Of a stretch of DNA of 64,000 nt, positions 1-15,329 are shown in pieces. Positions within the stretch are counted from its first letter, which is position 1. Each line of letters starts with the position of its first letter. The stretch comes from the human T2T-CHM13v2.0 reference genome, Homo sapiens, in assembly GCF_009914755.1 (NCBI RefSeq), contig NC_060927.1; one strand, written 5' to 3'. The notes beneath the pieces are model-generated. The model saw nothing but the letters and a program-made list of their open reading frames with translations, was not told the origin of the DNA and searched no databases. The position numbers were made by a program, and so were the translations under genes.

Positions 1-2080
1 CTTTTTATTAAAATTTGAGATAATAGATGCTCACCAAGTTAACCCACTAATTTCCACTTTGTATTTGGGACAAAGTACACTTGTCTTAAAAGGAGTTGGC
101 TCAGGTGGTTCCTACTTGAGGTAAGTGTTGGACAGTATCAAAACAACAGGTGCAATTGCTGCTCTCAAGTGTGGTTCTTCACCAAGTTCCACTACGATGG
201 GGTATAAAGTAATGTGTGCATGTGCATGTGTACATTTTCCTGTGTGCAAAATTTTCATCAGATTCTTACAATATGGGAGTTATGGACCCTCAAAAGTTTA
301 AGCATAATTGAATACAAAACCAAACATAATTTGAAATCATGTTTTCACACATTAAAGTAAAAATTAATTTTAACTCTGGAATTTTTGTTTGTATAGTCAT
401 TTGCCCCCTTTTTATTTTTGTTTCTTACTATTGATTTTTTCTTTGTTTTATGATGATCTTTTGAAAAGAATATAAAATTTCCCTTAGATGGCTGGAAAAT
501 ATAAAACAGTTTTACTGAACAAAATCAGGAAAATTAAATATCTCAAAATTGTACGAAATGATTAAATTCTGCCAACTTATTTGTAATAATATTGTGGTCC
601 TTACAAATGATGTAATATTTTTAACTGGGCATGCTATGATATTTTGAGGGATCCTTACATGTTTCCCTCAAAAAACATTAACCCACCGAAATGGGAAAAG
701 CAGTATTCTATTATTAGGGAAGAACAAACTCATGGAGAATTATGTAAAGTTCAGATTACCTCTGGTTGCATAAGATGCCTCCTTTTCATTCAATTGGTGA
801 CATACAGAAAATTATGCGTGGAACTCAAATTAAGGGAAAGAAATACATGGCCCCTTCCAAACTAGAAGATTTTATTGCATAAAACCACTTTGAAAGCTAC
901 ATTTTCTAAATAGTTAGGCTAATATGAATACATGGCAATATTTCAAAGATTATGGCTTTACACTTCTTTCTACTCCTTTTTAACACAATTGTATTTCATG
1001 ATTAAAATGCCAAGCCATTTTTCTATAATGAGTCATAATAGCATCTTGAAAATTTCGGCAGCATATATATAGGCTACTGTCAGAATTTTCTTAGGCAAAG
1101 CTTTTGGGAGACTCTCTTGCATTTCATTGTCACAAGATCCATTATACCAGGACAGATCTCAGCCTGCCTGAGTAATATCTATCTGAGGGTTATAATTTTG
1201 TCATAAAAATTTACTCTCACATGAACTTAGCATAAAAGGTCTCCGTCCAGAAAACAGGAATTGAAATGGATATATTATCACTTAAACTGCTTTTTTGCTC
1301 ACTTATCCTTCAATTACAAGCCTCAAGTTCACTGGTGTCAAGAGAGGTTAAACCAGAAAAATGTAAAACAATTTTTGAAATATGTGAGGGAAATTTGACA
1401 CTTAACATTCCAAATGCATTATTATTGCCATGGTATCACTGAAGTGTGCTATTGCTTCATTTTACGTGGTGGATTAAAAGCTTAAAAGACTACTCATGAA
1501 ACAAAAAAAAAAGATCCATATGTACCATTTCATATATAAAACAATTTGCGAGAACTCTGATTTTTTTTCTTATTCAAAAAACCTCTAATTTCTTTTTTTT
1601 TAATCTCTACTTTGCAAAACTTAGAGAGATAATTAAATAAATTAAAAGGGCAAAGAGTGGGGAGGTGAGAAAGGCAAGTTTTGAGAATTGAAATCATACT
1701 GGCAGTAATGTGCTTATGAAAAGTAACATTTGCATAGTACTGGTAATGTTTTAATTGCCTTTGCATGCACATCTGCATCTGATCACAAGTCTATGAGACT
1801 AAGTTGGGGGGAGGTTATATTATCCCCTTTTATATATTAGAAACTTATGACTCAAAGTACTTCAGTGACTCACATATATAAAGTTGCAACTTGAAAACTA
1901 GATCTTCCCACTTTAAAATTTAAATTATTTCCATTACACTACACTGTCCAATGGTCATCATTTCTCTATACGGCAGAGAAAGCAAGATTGTCTAATTTAT
2001 GAGTCATCAGTTTAAATTCTAATTGTCAAGACAGGCTAAAGGTACATCGTCATAATGACCCATCAGACACTCTTCTGAAC

Positions 2081-2258
2081 TAGGGATTCTCTCACTTGAG
2101 TATGCATTGGGAGGCTCACTAAAGCAGACTGCTGAGCCTTACTCACGGAGTTTCATAAAACAATAGGTCCTGGATGGGGCACATAAACCTGCATTTTTAA
2201 TGAGTTCCCAGGTAATGCTGATACTCCTAGTCCAAGAACCACACTTTGAGAACCACTG
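2081..2258 (+). mobile_element. MER5A-like hAT-Charlie DNA transposon (MITE)
   Basis: Ends in the MER5A terminus 'gttcccaggtaatgctgatactcctagtccaagaaccacactttgagaaccactg'; ~180 bp. Confidence 0.8.
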
Positions 2259-3151
2259 ATGCAGAATAATTTTAAAATTTTCTATTTTTTCAACTATTAT
2301 TTCTTCAATAATTTTGGTGATCTTTATTTATTTATTGCAGTTTATTGGCAAAAAAAATTTACTCATAGGTTTTATCTTTAATTAAAATTACAGACAAATC
2401 AAATAAGAGAAGAAATTAGAATAACAGTTCCATTTCAATTCCTATCTTCTATTAAAATGTTTGTAAGAAACAAAACCAGGTGTGGGAACACAGGTTTACA
2501 TATTTTAAACCCATTACACATTAAAACAGTTTAGAAATATACAGAAATAATTAAATATAATAAATAGTCCTTGCTCTGAAATATTGATTCTACAGATTTT
2601 ATAACTGACAATTTTATTATTCATATTCATATTTTATATTTTATGTATTAATTTATTGAATTTTAAAATGTTTTAAGTTTTATGTTAAATGTCATATCCA
2701 AATCCACTTTGGGAACATAAAAAAATGTAACTTCTGCCCAGGGGTGGGTTCATTATGGCTACATCCAACTGAGAAAACTCTGGCTTCAAAATCATTATAA
2801 AAATTCCTTTGGTGGTGAGCAGTCACTTTCTTAATAGTAAAACTGGGAAAATTCTGCGAGAAATATTTGCAGAAGTATTTTTGGAGTTAATAGCATTTGT
2901 TTCATGAAGAGTAAGGAAAGATTCCAACTGATTTGATTCTTTGGCTGTCATAGAAACAGGGTAATGGGATAATCTGAGGACTTTCTTAGGTGCAGGCATC
3001 CCCTGATATTGCCACTTGACAAAGCTCAATTGTGTCTGCTCCAATTAATCTTTTACAAAGACCGAGAAATGAAGAAACTGTAAGAAACAAGTCTAGGCTT
3101 TTTGGCAGAAGACTGGAAAGAGAAGAATTGGGAAGAAAAACTTAATACAGG

Positions 3152-3452
<301 letters not shown>

Positions 3453-3719
3453 TTAACGTAATACAATCCTATTCTCCCTAGCCCCCTTCCCAAATTTCCA
3501 CTTTCTCCCAAAATCATCTAAATAGTCTGCTTCCCAGCCTCATTGCAACCCAACTGTTCATTGTATTTGGTCCATAGAGAGCACGTCTGAGATGAATCGC
3601 CTTTCCTCAGGCCTTGGATTAGGGCAACCTTGGATTAGGGCAGCCTCACGATTTGGCATGTCCAGTGTATTTCCTATTTAAGTATTAATTTTTTAATAAA
3701 ATAACTTCATAAGAGTTAA

Positions 3720-4105
<386 letters not shown>

Positions 4106-4317
4106 TAAATTTTGAAAGACTAAATAAGAATAAAGGAATGACTGTTGAATGTACAATAGATGTTGCATACAAAGACTTTGTAGACACCCAAAGGCAGGTT
4201 TGAATACAGGCTTCACCACTTACTAACCACGGCCCATCAACCTATCTGTGAAATTCAAATAATGGAACCTATATCTAGAGATTATTATGAAGATTACAAA
4301 AGAAGTATATAAAACAT

Positions 4318-4427
4318 ATGGATAACGAATTGTCCCAGTTTGCTCAGAAATGAAGGATTTCCCAGGATGCAAGATTTTCAGCGCTAAACCAAAGCAGTTC
4401 CAGGCAATCTGGAATGGTTAGTCACCA
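4318..4427. mobile_element. MER81-like hAT-Blackjack MITE inside a MIR fragment
   Basis: 'tgtcccagtttgctcagaaatgaaggatttcccaggatgcaagattttcagcgctaaacc...ggttagtcacc' resembles MER81; MIR-like sequence on both sides (~4195-4317, 4428-4470). Confidence 0.6.
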
Positions 4428-6019
4428 AGCAGCACTGAAATGTTTCTCAAGTAAAAATAAATCAATATTAGGACTCCTTTTTCTCCCCTTCTAATTTTCT
4501 AGAAGCTATTTTCATCAGAAAAAATTATATAAACTATACTGATTAGCAGCCATTGCTTTCCTATCATGTATTAAATACTTTACACAAATTATATCAATTA
4601 TTCTTTAAATAAGCCCTATGAGCTAAATACCACTTTAATCACTCCTATTGTGACAAATGCCAATGTGGAGGCATAGAGCAGCTAAATGTCCTCCTCAAAG
4701 TCACATAGGTAATGAACAGTAAAACAGAAATTCAAGCCCAAGCAGTCAAGTTTAAAATTGTGTGCACTAAACTCTTTATTCAGACCAACAAACTTAGCAT
4801 CACCTGGAGCCTGCTGGAAATGCAGAATCTCATCACCACACCCACCCAAGACTAACTGAAGCAGCACCCATGCTGAAACACAACGCTACATCACCTGGGA
4901 CTTTTACAGTTGGAAATAATTTAGCATCTTGAGCTACAGAGAACATTAGCAAAGTCCCATTTCATGCCCCTAATTTGAGGTCACAAATCTAATGCCCAGA
5001 ACCTCTAAAAACCACACAAAAACTTAATGAAGGAAACTAAAGTTGAACTAAAGTAAAACTCACCTCTCTGAAAATCTAGCCAGAGCTTGGACCACAAAGT
5101 AGACTTAAACACACTAAGAAAACCTGGAACTGAAACAAACCCAAAGAGTGGAAAGCACAGGGTGGTGGCTGTTGTTTTCCTTCAAAATATACCTGCTTAA
5201 CACATGACCAAAACTGTACCTTTTTCCTAAGCCAATGCATCAGGAAGCAGGGAGAGAAAGAGACCAAAACATTAAAGCATTTTGAAAAGAAACTTTGAGA
5301 TGATCCACTTTTTGTGCTGTTCAAGTTAATAGCTTTGACATAAAACTGAAGATATGAGGAAAATTCATAATTAGGAGACTTGCTTATGGTTAGCATGAAT
5401 TTAGAGTTTTAAAGATAAATATAAATTAACAAGTATTTAATGTTCTTTTCAAAAGCAAGATCTTAGTAGCAATAATCTATCAAGCACTCTTACCAAAAGC
5501 TGAAAGCACAGCAATAAAATCTCATTCAGCACTGAAACCAGACATACAAAGTCAGAAGTGATGAAGTCATTATCGTTTGCTAGATTAAAAACACTCCGTC
5601 TCAATAACAACTCAGACCCAGTTCAGAGTAACAGCTTCAGTCTATCAGAGTAAATATTTTATGTGCCAAAATATGTTGGGTACACAGTCTGCACCAAATT
5701 ATGTGCTTAATTAGCTGCATTTCATCAGATGCCTTTATACAAAGGCTACCTCTTCTATATGACATATTTTTTCTATACAATGTGAATAAAATAGTCACTG
5801 AAAACAACTGCGTTTGGGAAATAAGACTATAATTCTATCTTCAAAATTCCTCGGCTAAATCTAAAAATTTTTTCTCATGGTTTTTCTTTTTTAAAATAAT
5901 GCATAAATATCTTATTTTTCATTAAATTTAAATTGAATTTTTAAGGTTTTAGTATCAGGAATCACAACTGACATCCTAAGCTATATTAGAAGAGAACTGA
6001 TGTTTCTAAAGTTTCATGC

Positions 6020-6200
6020 CAGAGGCTTTACATCAGGATTTTATTTAATCTCCCAACAACGTTATGAGACAGATATAATCAGCCACAACTGATAAAGAAG
6101 GAAACCAAGAGTCCATAAGAATCGAAGAGAAGCACTGGTGAGTTCACCTGGTGGCAACATTAGGATTTGAACCCAGGTCTGAGACCCAAGCACAATGCCT
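6020..6200 (-). mobile_element. MIR SINE fragment
   Basis: 'ttatttaatctcccaacaac...gaaaccaagag...ggatttgaacccaggtct' MIR motifs. Confidence 0.6.
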
Positions 6201-6256
6201 TCCAAAAGTGACTATGAGTCATTCAAGGCCCCTGGGGTTGAAAATAGTAAACTGTT

Positions 6257-6611
<355 letters not shown>

Positions 6612-7607
6612 TCACAAGGGATAAGTAAACAAAGAGAAGTTTTAATGCCCCTCCCAAACACCGTTAGACCCTTAACTCCATCCACCATAGCCCAAGGAAA
6701 AACAAAAAAACAAAAAAAAACGGTTACAGCTCTCTCTTAATGATGAAGAAGAGGGGTCATGGCTCCACTGAGTGCAGGTCCACCCAAGAAAGCTGGTCAG
6801 CCTTATCCAACAGGGCAAGGACAGCAATTTCCGAAACAAGTTCCCAAACACGCGACACAATGGCTTGGACCAGAATGCATAGACCATAGTACATCCAGCT
6901 GCCCCAGGGAGTGAGCCACCAGGTTTTTCTCCTTTATAGAGTCCTCTGTATCTGGAGACTTTATCCGAAGCATTCAGCCAAGCATTCAGAAATTGAGCTC
7001 CCCATGTCCAAATACCCCACCAAGCCTGTCCAAGGACATTGCTAAATGTCAGTCACCCTCTTACTAAGCAAACATAGCATTGGTACCTACAGGTTTCAAC
7101 AAACTTACTGGACAGTTTCGTTATCAAAAAGGAATAATATCATATTTTAAAATGACATTTTCTTGAAAGTCTCAGCCTCCAAAAAGTGTCTTATCAACAC
7201 GACTCGCTTAATTCAAATTCTATCCATTCTTCAGGGCATGCTCAGACCTGGCCTCTTCGTGGGACTTTTCCAAAAGGTTCCGGTCTGCCTATGCTCTCCT
7301 CTCTCTCAATTGCTCCCAGAGTTTGAGTTGCTGTCTTTAGTAAACTGCCTCATGCAGATTTATTCCCAAGCATGCTTCTAAACTCCTGGAAACTGGTCAT
7401 TATCACGCAGACTTTTTTTAATTCCCCATAGCACCTAACACATCTTGGACATAGTAAGAATAGGGCTGATTCTGGCAGACTGCTTCAGCAGGGCCTCCTG
7501 GGATGGCAACACCTAGGTGGAGTGACCACAGTCCAGAACTGATGTGCAGAAATGTCATCTGGAGTAACAGTCTCTTCCAAATAAGTGCATGTTAACCAGA
7601 CTCACTA

Positions 7608-7991
<384 letters not shown>

Positions 7992-8684
7992 TCAGAGAAT
8001 GTAGAGTAGATACATTTAAGATAGACAGAAAGCATTCAACCCAAGCAGTTGTTAAAGAGGCACAAATGCATATGGGATGGGAAAGCATACGCTGTAAAAT
8101 CATGCTGTCTCAACTTTATACATTTTGATCTGGCAAGTAACATGGAAAAAGAACAATACCAGCATAGTGCTTTCCAGTGCCATCTTTTTCTCTTCATCAC
8201 TGTTCTTTGTACTCAAAAACTAAGGTCATCTTTGCTTTGCTTTTCTACCTCAAAGAGCCTAGAAGTGGTGGGTGGGGGACAGTAAATGCCCCCAGGGATG
8301 AAGTTAATCCCCCTAGAGGGTCACTGCTTCCAGTGATCACGTCCTAAATACGTATTCACATCTTTGTCTCAGACTGTGCTTTCAGTTGAATTAAGGAGGG
8401 AAATGAAGGCAGGGAAAATTATCAAATTAACCAGAAGAGATGAAAAAGAAGCTTGTGTGATTAATTCATGCTGTCATCCAGGCCCTAAGTATCAATTTGT
8501 CAGAAACTTTTTACTCACCATAAACAGAAGTTAGTTAATTTGCAGCAACATATGATTCAACTAAGAAAAATAATACAGCAGTTTGTTTGGTCAAATATAG
8601 GATGCTAAAGAAACCCCAGTGCTTATACTACCAATGCTGAAGAGATCAAGATCATGACACAGATTACAAAAAACAGTCTATACA

Positions 8685-8983
<299 letters not shown>

Positions 8984-9039
8984 AAAACCAGCCTATACAT
9001 ACAACGCTATGCATAATTGACAATAACAGTGTTGTTATA

Positions 9040-9265
9040 TTTAATTTTTAATAGACTTTATCTTCTAGAGCAATTTTAGGTTCACAGCAAAACTGAACAC
9101 AAAGCAGAGCTCCCTTCCCCCACAACACACAATCTTATCCATCAACAATATCCTGCACCAGTAGTGTCATTATGACAATCAATAAACCAACATTGACACA
9201 TCACTATCACCCACAATTTAGATTAGCTTCACTCTGGGTGTTGTACATTCTATGCATTTTATATT
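9040..9265 (-). mobile_element. L1MC-type LINE-1 3' end fragment
   Basis: 'tttttaatagactttat...gagcaattttaggttcacagcaaaactga...ttgacacatcactatcaccc...tgttgtacattctatg' resembles an L1MC 3' UTR. Confidence 0.75.
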
Positions 9266-9271
9266 TAATTT

Positions 9272-9968
9272 CAGGTATTTACAAAATGATACCCAAAAAT
9301 GAGATCTTTCCCCAAAGATATGCTCAAAACTGACAGATGGATTGCCACTGAGCTGACAGAAAATCTTCCAGAATAGATATCCAGGAGCCCTACACAACCA
9401 CTAATCAGGTTCGTTCTTGGTGCTTTACAGGAACATGTATTAAGATGGGGAAAGAACAAGTTCATTGAGAAGTACAGAATCATTCCCATTGGTTTATCTA
9501 AACCATTGCAAATTCTCACATTTTGAATCAACAAACCATTTAAGAATTCTTTGAAGACGGATAAAATCAAGATAACACCAGCAAAACTTTCAGAATAGCT
9601 GTTAGCAGCTTGGAAGAAAAGGCAAGAGTTAATGGTGGAGCACTCTTTAAAGAAATAATCCTTCACCAATGCTCCTGGTGCCTCCTGAAGAGTGGGAAAA
9701 TATAGATACTGATGTCTCTAACTGGAAAAAAAAAAGATTCACAAGAGCAAAATTCTACATGTGAAATAACACATGTATTGTGCTCATATTTGCATTTATA
9801 TGCATGTAAAATTGTGATATTTACTTTTGAAAACTTGTCTAACTAGGTCTAAAAGAGCCTTTTAAGTATAGAATTAAAATCTTAAAGATAAAAAATTGTA
9901 ATCTTATTGGTAGCATTTTATTCTTTCTTGACAGAATTGATGGCATCTTAAATGCAGTAAAATAATAC
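9272..9968 (+). mobile_element. Fossil Tc2/pogo-family DNA transposon (Kanga-like) with decayed DDE transposase C-terminus
   Basis: Plus-strand translations RFVLGALQEH, IIPIGLSKPLQILTF*INKPFKNSLK (9479-9556) and LSE*LLAAWKK..VEHSLKK*SFTNA resemble pogo/POGK DDE_1 motifs; Tc2-like end 'ttgatggcatcttaaatgcagtaaaata'. Confidence 0.75.
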
Positions 9969-10395
9969 AAATACTTACAAAATTATGGGATGATCTGTGG
10001 GAGCAAAGGTCTGGCTTTCAGAGGTCAGAAGGCTGAAGGAATCACAGCAAACCACCGCTGATGATGTCAGCTCCCTGCAGCACCAAAGCAAATGATTCAC
10101 AAAGGAATGCCCAGGAGTCAAAGTAAACCTCATGACTACCATTTGCCATTTACCTGCCCACCTGCTGTCAGAGAGTAATACCTTCTCCTAATTTTCCACT
10201 TTCAATATCCCAAGTAAGTGTTTCTCATTAACAGAATCTGAACCAGAATTCCATTGGCAAGAGATTCTGGGAAATGTTGTTCCTAGGCGTCTCTCCTAAA
10301 ATGTAATACTGTCAGCCCCTTTTATATAAAATAGGGGATGGGGGTGATAGTGCGTTAACAGTAGACAATCTGCACAGTGGCTTTGAGGATGCTGA

Positions 10396-10776
10396 TGTCT
10401 GGGATTATTGTTCTCAATTCTTTACTCACTCCTTGATAGCTGGACACTCACAGTCTTTCCCATGTGATTTTGCAGTGCCTCCCACTGTGGGTGGAGCATA
10501 TATCCCAGCCCACTGCTGTTGGGCTTGGTCAGGTGACTTGCTTGGGCCAACAGAATGTTAGCAAATATGAGGCAAGCAGAGGTTTTAAACATGCCTGTGT
10601 GGTTTGGCTTCCCTGTTTGCACATCCGTAATCTTCCATTAGAAGAGCATGGCCCCAGGTGGCTCATGGCACTGGTAAAGCAGATGAAAACCCACCTCACA
10701 GCCTGGAGCCAAGGCCAGCCAATCCTGGAGCCCAGCGGAGCCCCCAGACAACCACAGACCCAGAAAAATTAATACA
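10396..10776 (+). mobile_element. MaLR LTR (MLT1G/H-like)
   Basis: 'ttttgcagtgcctcccact...gggcttggtcaggtgacttgcttgggccaacagaatgttagca'; ends 'aattaataca'. Confidence 0.7.
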
Positions 10777-11479
10777 AGGATTAAATGTACAATATTTAAA
10801 AGAGTGCTTCACACATATTAATCATAATTTTTTCAAGAATCTTATAAATTATATCATACTATAAAAATGTAACACATTCAGTCTTTGTTTAAAGACAATA
10901 GCAGACATGAAGTGCTGCGTGACCTTTAATATGTTAAAGTTGCCTTTTTAAATTTTTCTGAATCAAATTAAATCTAGTTTCAGTGCCAAGCATTAGGGTT
11001 GCAAGAAGTCTAATAACTGTCCTTTTTTCATCCCTGTTGCTCTCTTGCATGATAGAAACCCAGGGACTTGAATGGCTCCAGACAGAGGGGAAGGGCCAGA
11101 CTTTCGACAACTTACGGAAATAACTTCCATAAGTTCCACACTTTCAGACAACTTATGGAAATAACACAAATTTCAAAAAAAAATTTGTACCTTTCTGGGA
11201 CACCTAATATTTCAAAATATATGATTACTACGTGTTCTCTATATTGTCAGAATCTGAAGGAGTAAATGTCACCCGTTGTCTTAATTTATATTTATATTCC
11301 TAATTACTTAAATTAGAATTAGAATTAAGAGGATTTTACAGGGCTATTTGGAAGTAATAGTGCTTTTAAAAAAAGGAGATGGTCTATCACCATTTTAATT
11401 TAATGTATCCTTTAAAATTGTAATCAGAGTAGTGTAAAAAGACAGAAGAAGATTTGTCTTAAGTGACATATGTGCAGAT

Positions 11480-12030
11480 GCAATTAAGTATACATCAGAA
11501 TAAGTGTATAGAAAACCATTCAAAGAGTAACATCATTCTTTGAAGGGTAATTTGGCAATACTTATCAAGAGCCATAAAGTGTTTACATCCATAGACCTTG
11601 AAATCTCATTCTTAGGAATAAATCTAAACCAATAAATCAAAAGAAAAAGAATATATGTATAAAGATGTTATACTCATCTCTAGTTATAAAAAGTAAAAAT
11701 AATTTTTCTACAATAAGAGTTTCAGTAGGTTTGGGTATATAAATTTTTTAGAATTTTATGCATTCTAAAAAATATCCATGTCTAAAAATATGTCTAAAAA
11801 CACACACTGAGAACTATAAAAATAAACAAACAGGACAAACCAAAAGAAGTACAGTCAAAGTAATGTAGAGTGAAAAAAACAGTAAAAAATATGATTGCAG
11901 TTTTTTACTGAAAACAGTAAAAAAAAATGTGACTGCATGTGCTTAAAGACTGGAAATAGAACACAAAGAGCCTGGACGTAATATTTTATATTTTACATGT
12001 ATATTTATATTCTAAACACGTTTTATAAAA
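11480..12030 (+). mobile_element. Old L1ME-type 3' fragment
   Basis: 'tttgaagggtaatttggcaatacttatcaa...ccatagaccttgaaatctcattcttaggaataaatc' L1 3' motifs. Confidence 0.6.
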
Positions 12031-13052
12031 ATAAAGCCATCACACAAAACTGTATGTTACTTTGTATTGAAAAAAATATATATTGGCTCCTAAAAATAGT
12101 AGCAAAGGTGTGGGTAGATCCATTTCTAGATCCTACTAGGAAGGTGAACAGGCACTATTATTGGTGCTCACTCCCAGCATCAACCAAAGAGAGAAAGAAA
12201 GGTATGAGAAATTCCTGCGATAAAGGCAGAGGGTTTTTTTTTTAACTGACGTGGGAGGGAAGGAATGGATTTGTCTAGCACAAGAGACAGATCAGTAGAA
12301 TATAGAGAGGATAAAATAGAAAAGATGCTATTGTGACAAACGGTACACACCCCACACCTGTAGCAACTCAGGTCTCTCATCCAAGTGATCCCAAAAATAA
12401 AGGAAAATCACTGACAGAAGCCACTCTGTGAAAAACGAAGTAATGACTTTGGGAAGTTGCTATGCTTAAGGAAGATCCCCACTTAAGTACTTTTTCCTAA
12501 GGAGGCAAAGATCAAAGAGCTTTCTTTAGTTGTTTTTTAGAGTGAGGAATAATTGACTCCGGTTCTTCACTGCCTGGACCTCTCCACATTAGGGCTCATG
12601 CCTGCACCCCACCCGCTTCCCCTGACCTAACTGTGGTGACAGATGCAGAGATCCAGCCTTTCTTTGTATCATTGCTTGACAGAGTTGAAAATATCCCCAG
12701 GAAAGACAAGCCCCCACAAACCCAAGGATAAGATAATTGAGGAGCGCAACTATCTGAATTTAAGATTGTATCCTAAGCAAAAATATTTAAATCAATAATT
12801 TTAAATCGCTTTAACAAAATTTTTAAAAGGAAAGAATGTATTAATATGATTTTTAGAGATGCACAAACAGAGAAAAGAAGGTATTTTAAAGAGAAGTTTA
12901 TAATAGTTAAAGAACACAAAGATAAGATACATTAATAAAAGCACACCATTGATGAAGGAAGAACATTAAAAAAAAAACGTAAATAGGTATAAGAATAGGA
13001 CCCCACGTGTTATAATTCAAATAATAAGAATCACAAAAGAGAGGAAAATTTA

Positions 13053-13424
<372 letters not shown>

Positions 13425-14164
13425 TTAAAAAGATAACAGGCCCAAAACTGAGTCTATAGAGTGCCAAAAAAGAGAAAGAAAGAAAAATCCACATCACATT
13501 ATACTAAAATTTAAACATAAATATTGTCTTAAGAGACAAAGATAAAAATAAAATTCTAAAAGCTAACAAAAAGAAAAGCATACTATATGAAATAATTTAA
13601 TAATTTAATTCTTTTTTCTGTGGTATAAGAATTAAATTGTTTAATTCTTGATTACATTTTACCACAGGAATAAGAATTAAATTATTTAAAAGCAAAACTG
13701 ACTTCAAGAAGACTATGGAAGCACAATGTCCAAACTACTGGGAAAAAAAGAACTTAGAATTTAGAATTTTGTATCCACCCCAAATATCAGTCAAATCTAA
13801 GGGCTTGATGAAATCTTCTGAGGCATGTAAGACCTCAGAATATTTGTTATGCAATGACCTATGTTGAAAACATTGTGCGGATAAAATTCTCAAATAGAGG
13901 AACAAAGAAACACAAGAGAGGTGGCAAGTGATATATAAATAAAAGAGATCAAATACCTTTGTGTACTTGTTTGCTATCTTAGAAAGAGAAAGCAAGCTGT
14001 TACAAAAGTAACAGAGGAATCATATTTATAATAACTCCTAATTAAGAGAGCCAAAGGACAAGGAAAAAATAAATAAATAAAAATGAAAAATATATTTATA
14101 TTAAAAAAAAGTTTAGGTACTGTCAGTATGTTGAAGGTTGAGCTCTCACAAGAGATGTGAGAAC

Positions 14165-14425
14165 ATGATAACACAATATTTCTCAGACTGTAGTCCACCA
14201 GGCTGGCCTGTGAACTTTTTTCATCAGTTCTTGACAAGAGAAAGATCTTGCACCAGAATGCACATTAACTTGTTACTAAGCACACTGCTTAGTTCAGTTG
14301 ACAGGATTTTCATGTAGAGACTTTCTCAATGAAGGGAGCAATGCTTTGATATACATTCTGGTATAAAGTGCTTATCTCATTGTGAATCAATAACAGATAA
14401 TTCCCTAATCAGCATTTTGGGCAGA
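14165..14425. mobile_element. Probable hAT-Charlie DNA transposon fragment
   Basis: 'tatttctcagactgtagtcc' start and 'aagcacactgcttagttcagttgac' resemble Charlie-family elements; interrupts L1 sequence. Confidence 0.4.
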
Positions 14426-14491
14426 TACAATAGCAATTTAAAGCGGGAGGGAGGTGAAGTGGGTAAAAAGAAGTAGAAACAGAAGAGAAAA

Positions 14492-14941
<450 letters not shown>

Positions 14942-15028
14942 TTACCAAAAGCATATGAAAACACAAAGGTTAAAAGTAGAAGGATAGAAAATGAAATATG
15001 AAACAGATACAACCAAAAGAAAGTTGTT

Positions 15029-15295
15029 GGCCAGGCATGGTGTCTCATGCCTGTAGTCCCAATACTTTGAGAGGCCGAGGCAGGTGGATCACTTGAACTC
15101 AGGGTTTTTAGGCCAGCCTTGGCGACATGGTAAAACCCTATCTCTACAAAAAACAGAAAAATTTGCCAGGCATGGTGGCACACACTTACAGTCCCAGCTA
15201 CTTAGGAAGCTGAGGTGGGAGGATCCCTTGAGCCTGGGAGGTGGAGGTTGCAGTGAGCCAAGATCATGTCACTGCGACAAAGCGAGACCCTGTTT

Positions 15296-15327
<32 letters not shown>
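15029..15327 (+). mobile_element. Alu SINE (AluJ-like)
   Basis: 'ggatcacttgaactcagg', 'gggaggatcccttgagcc', ~30-nt poly(A). Confidence 0.95.

Positions 15328-15329
<2 letters not shown>

Noticed and set aside
9271-9669. 132-aa minus-strand ORF
   Set aside because: Antisense to a decayed transposase; no recognisable domain
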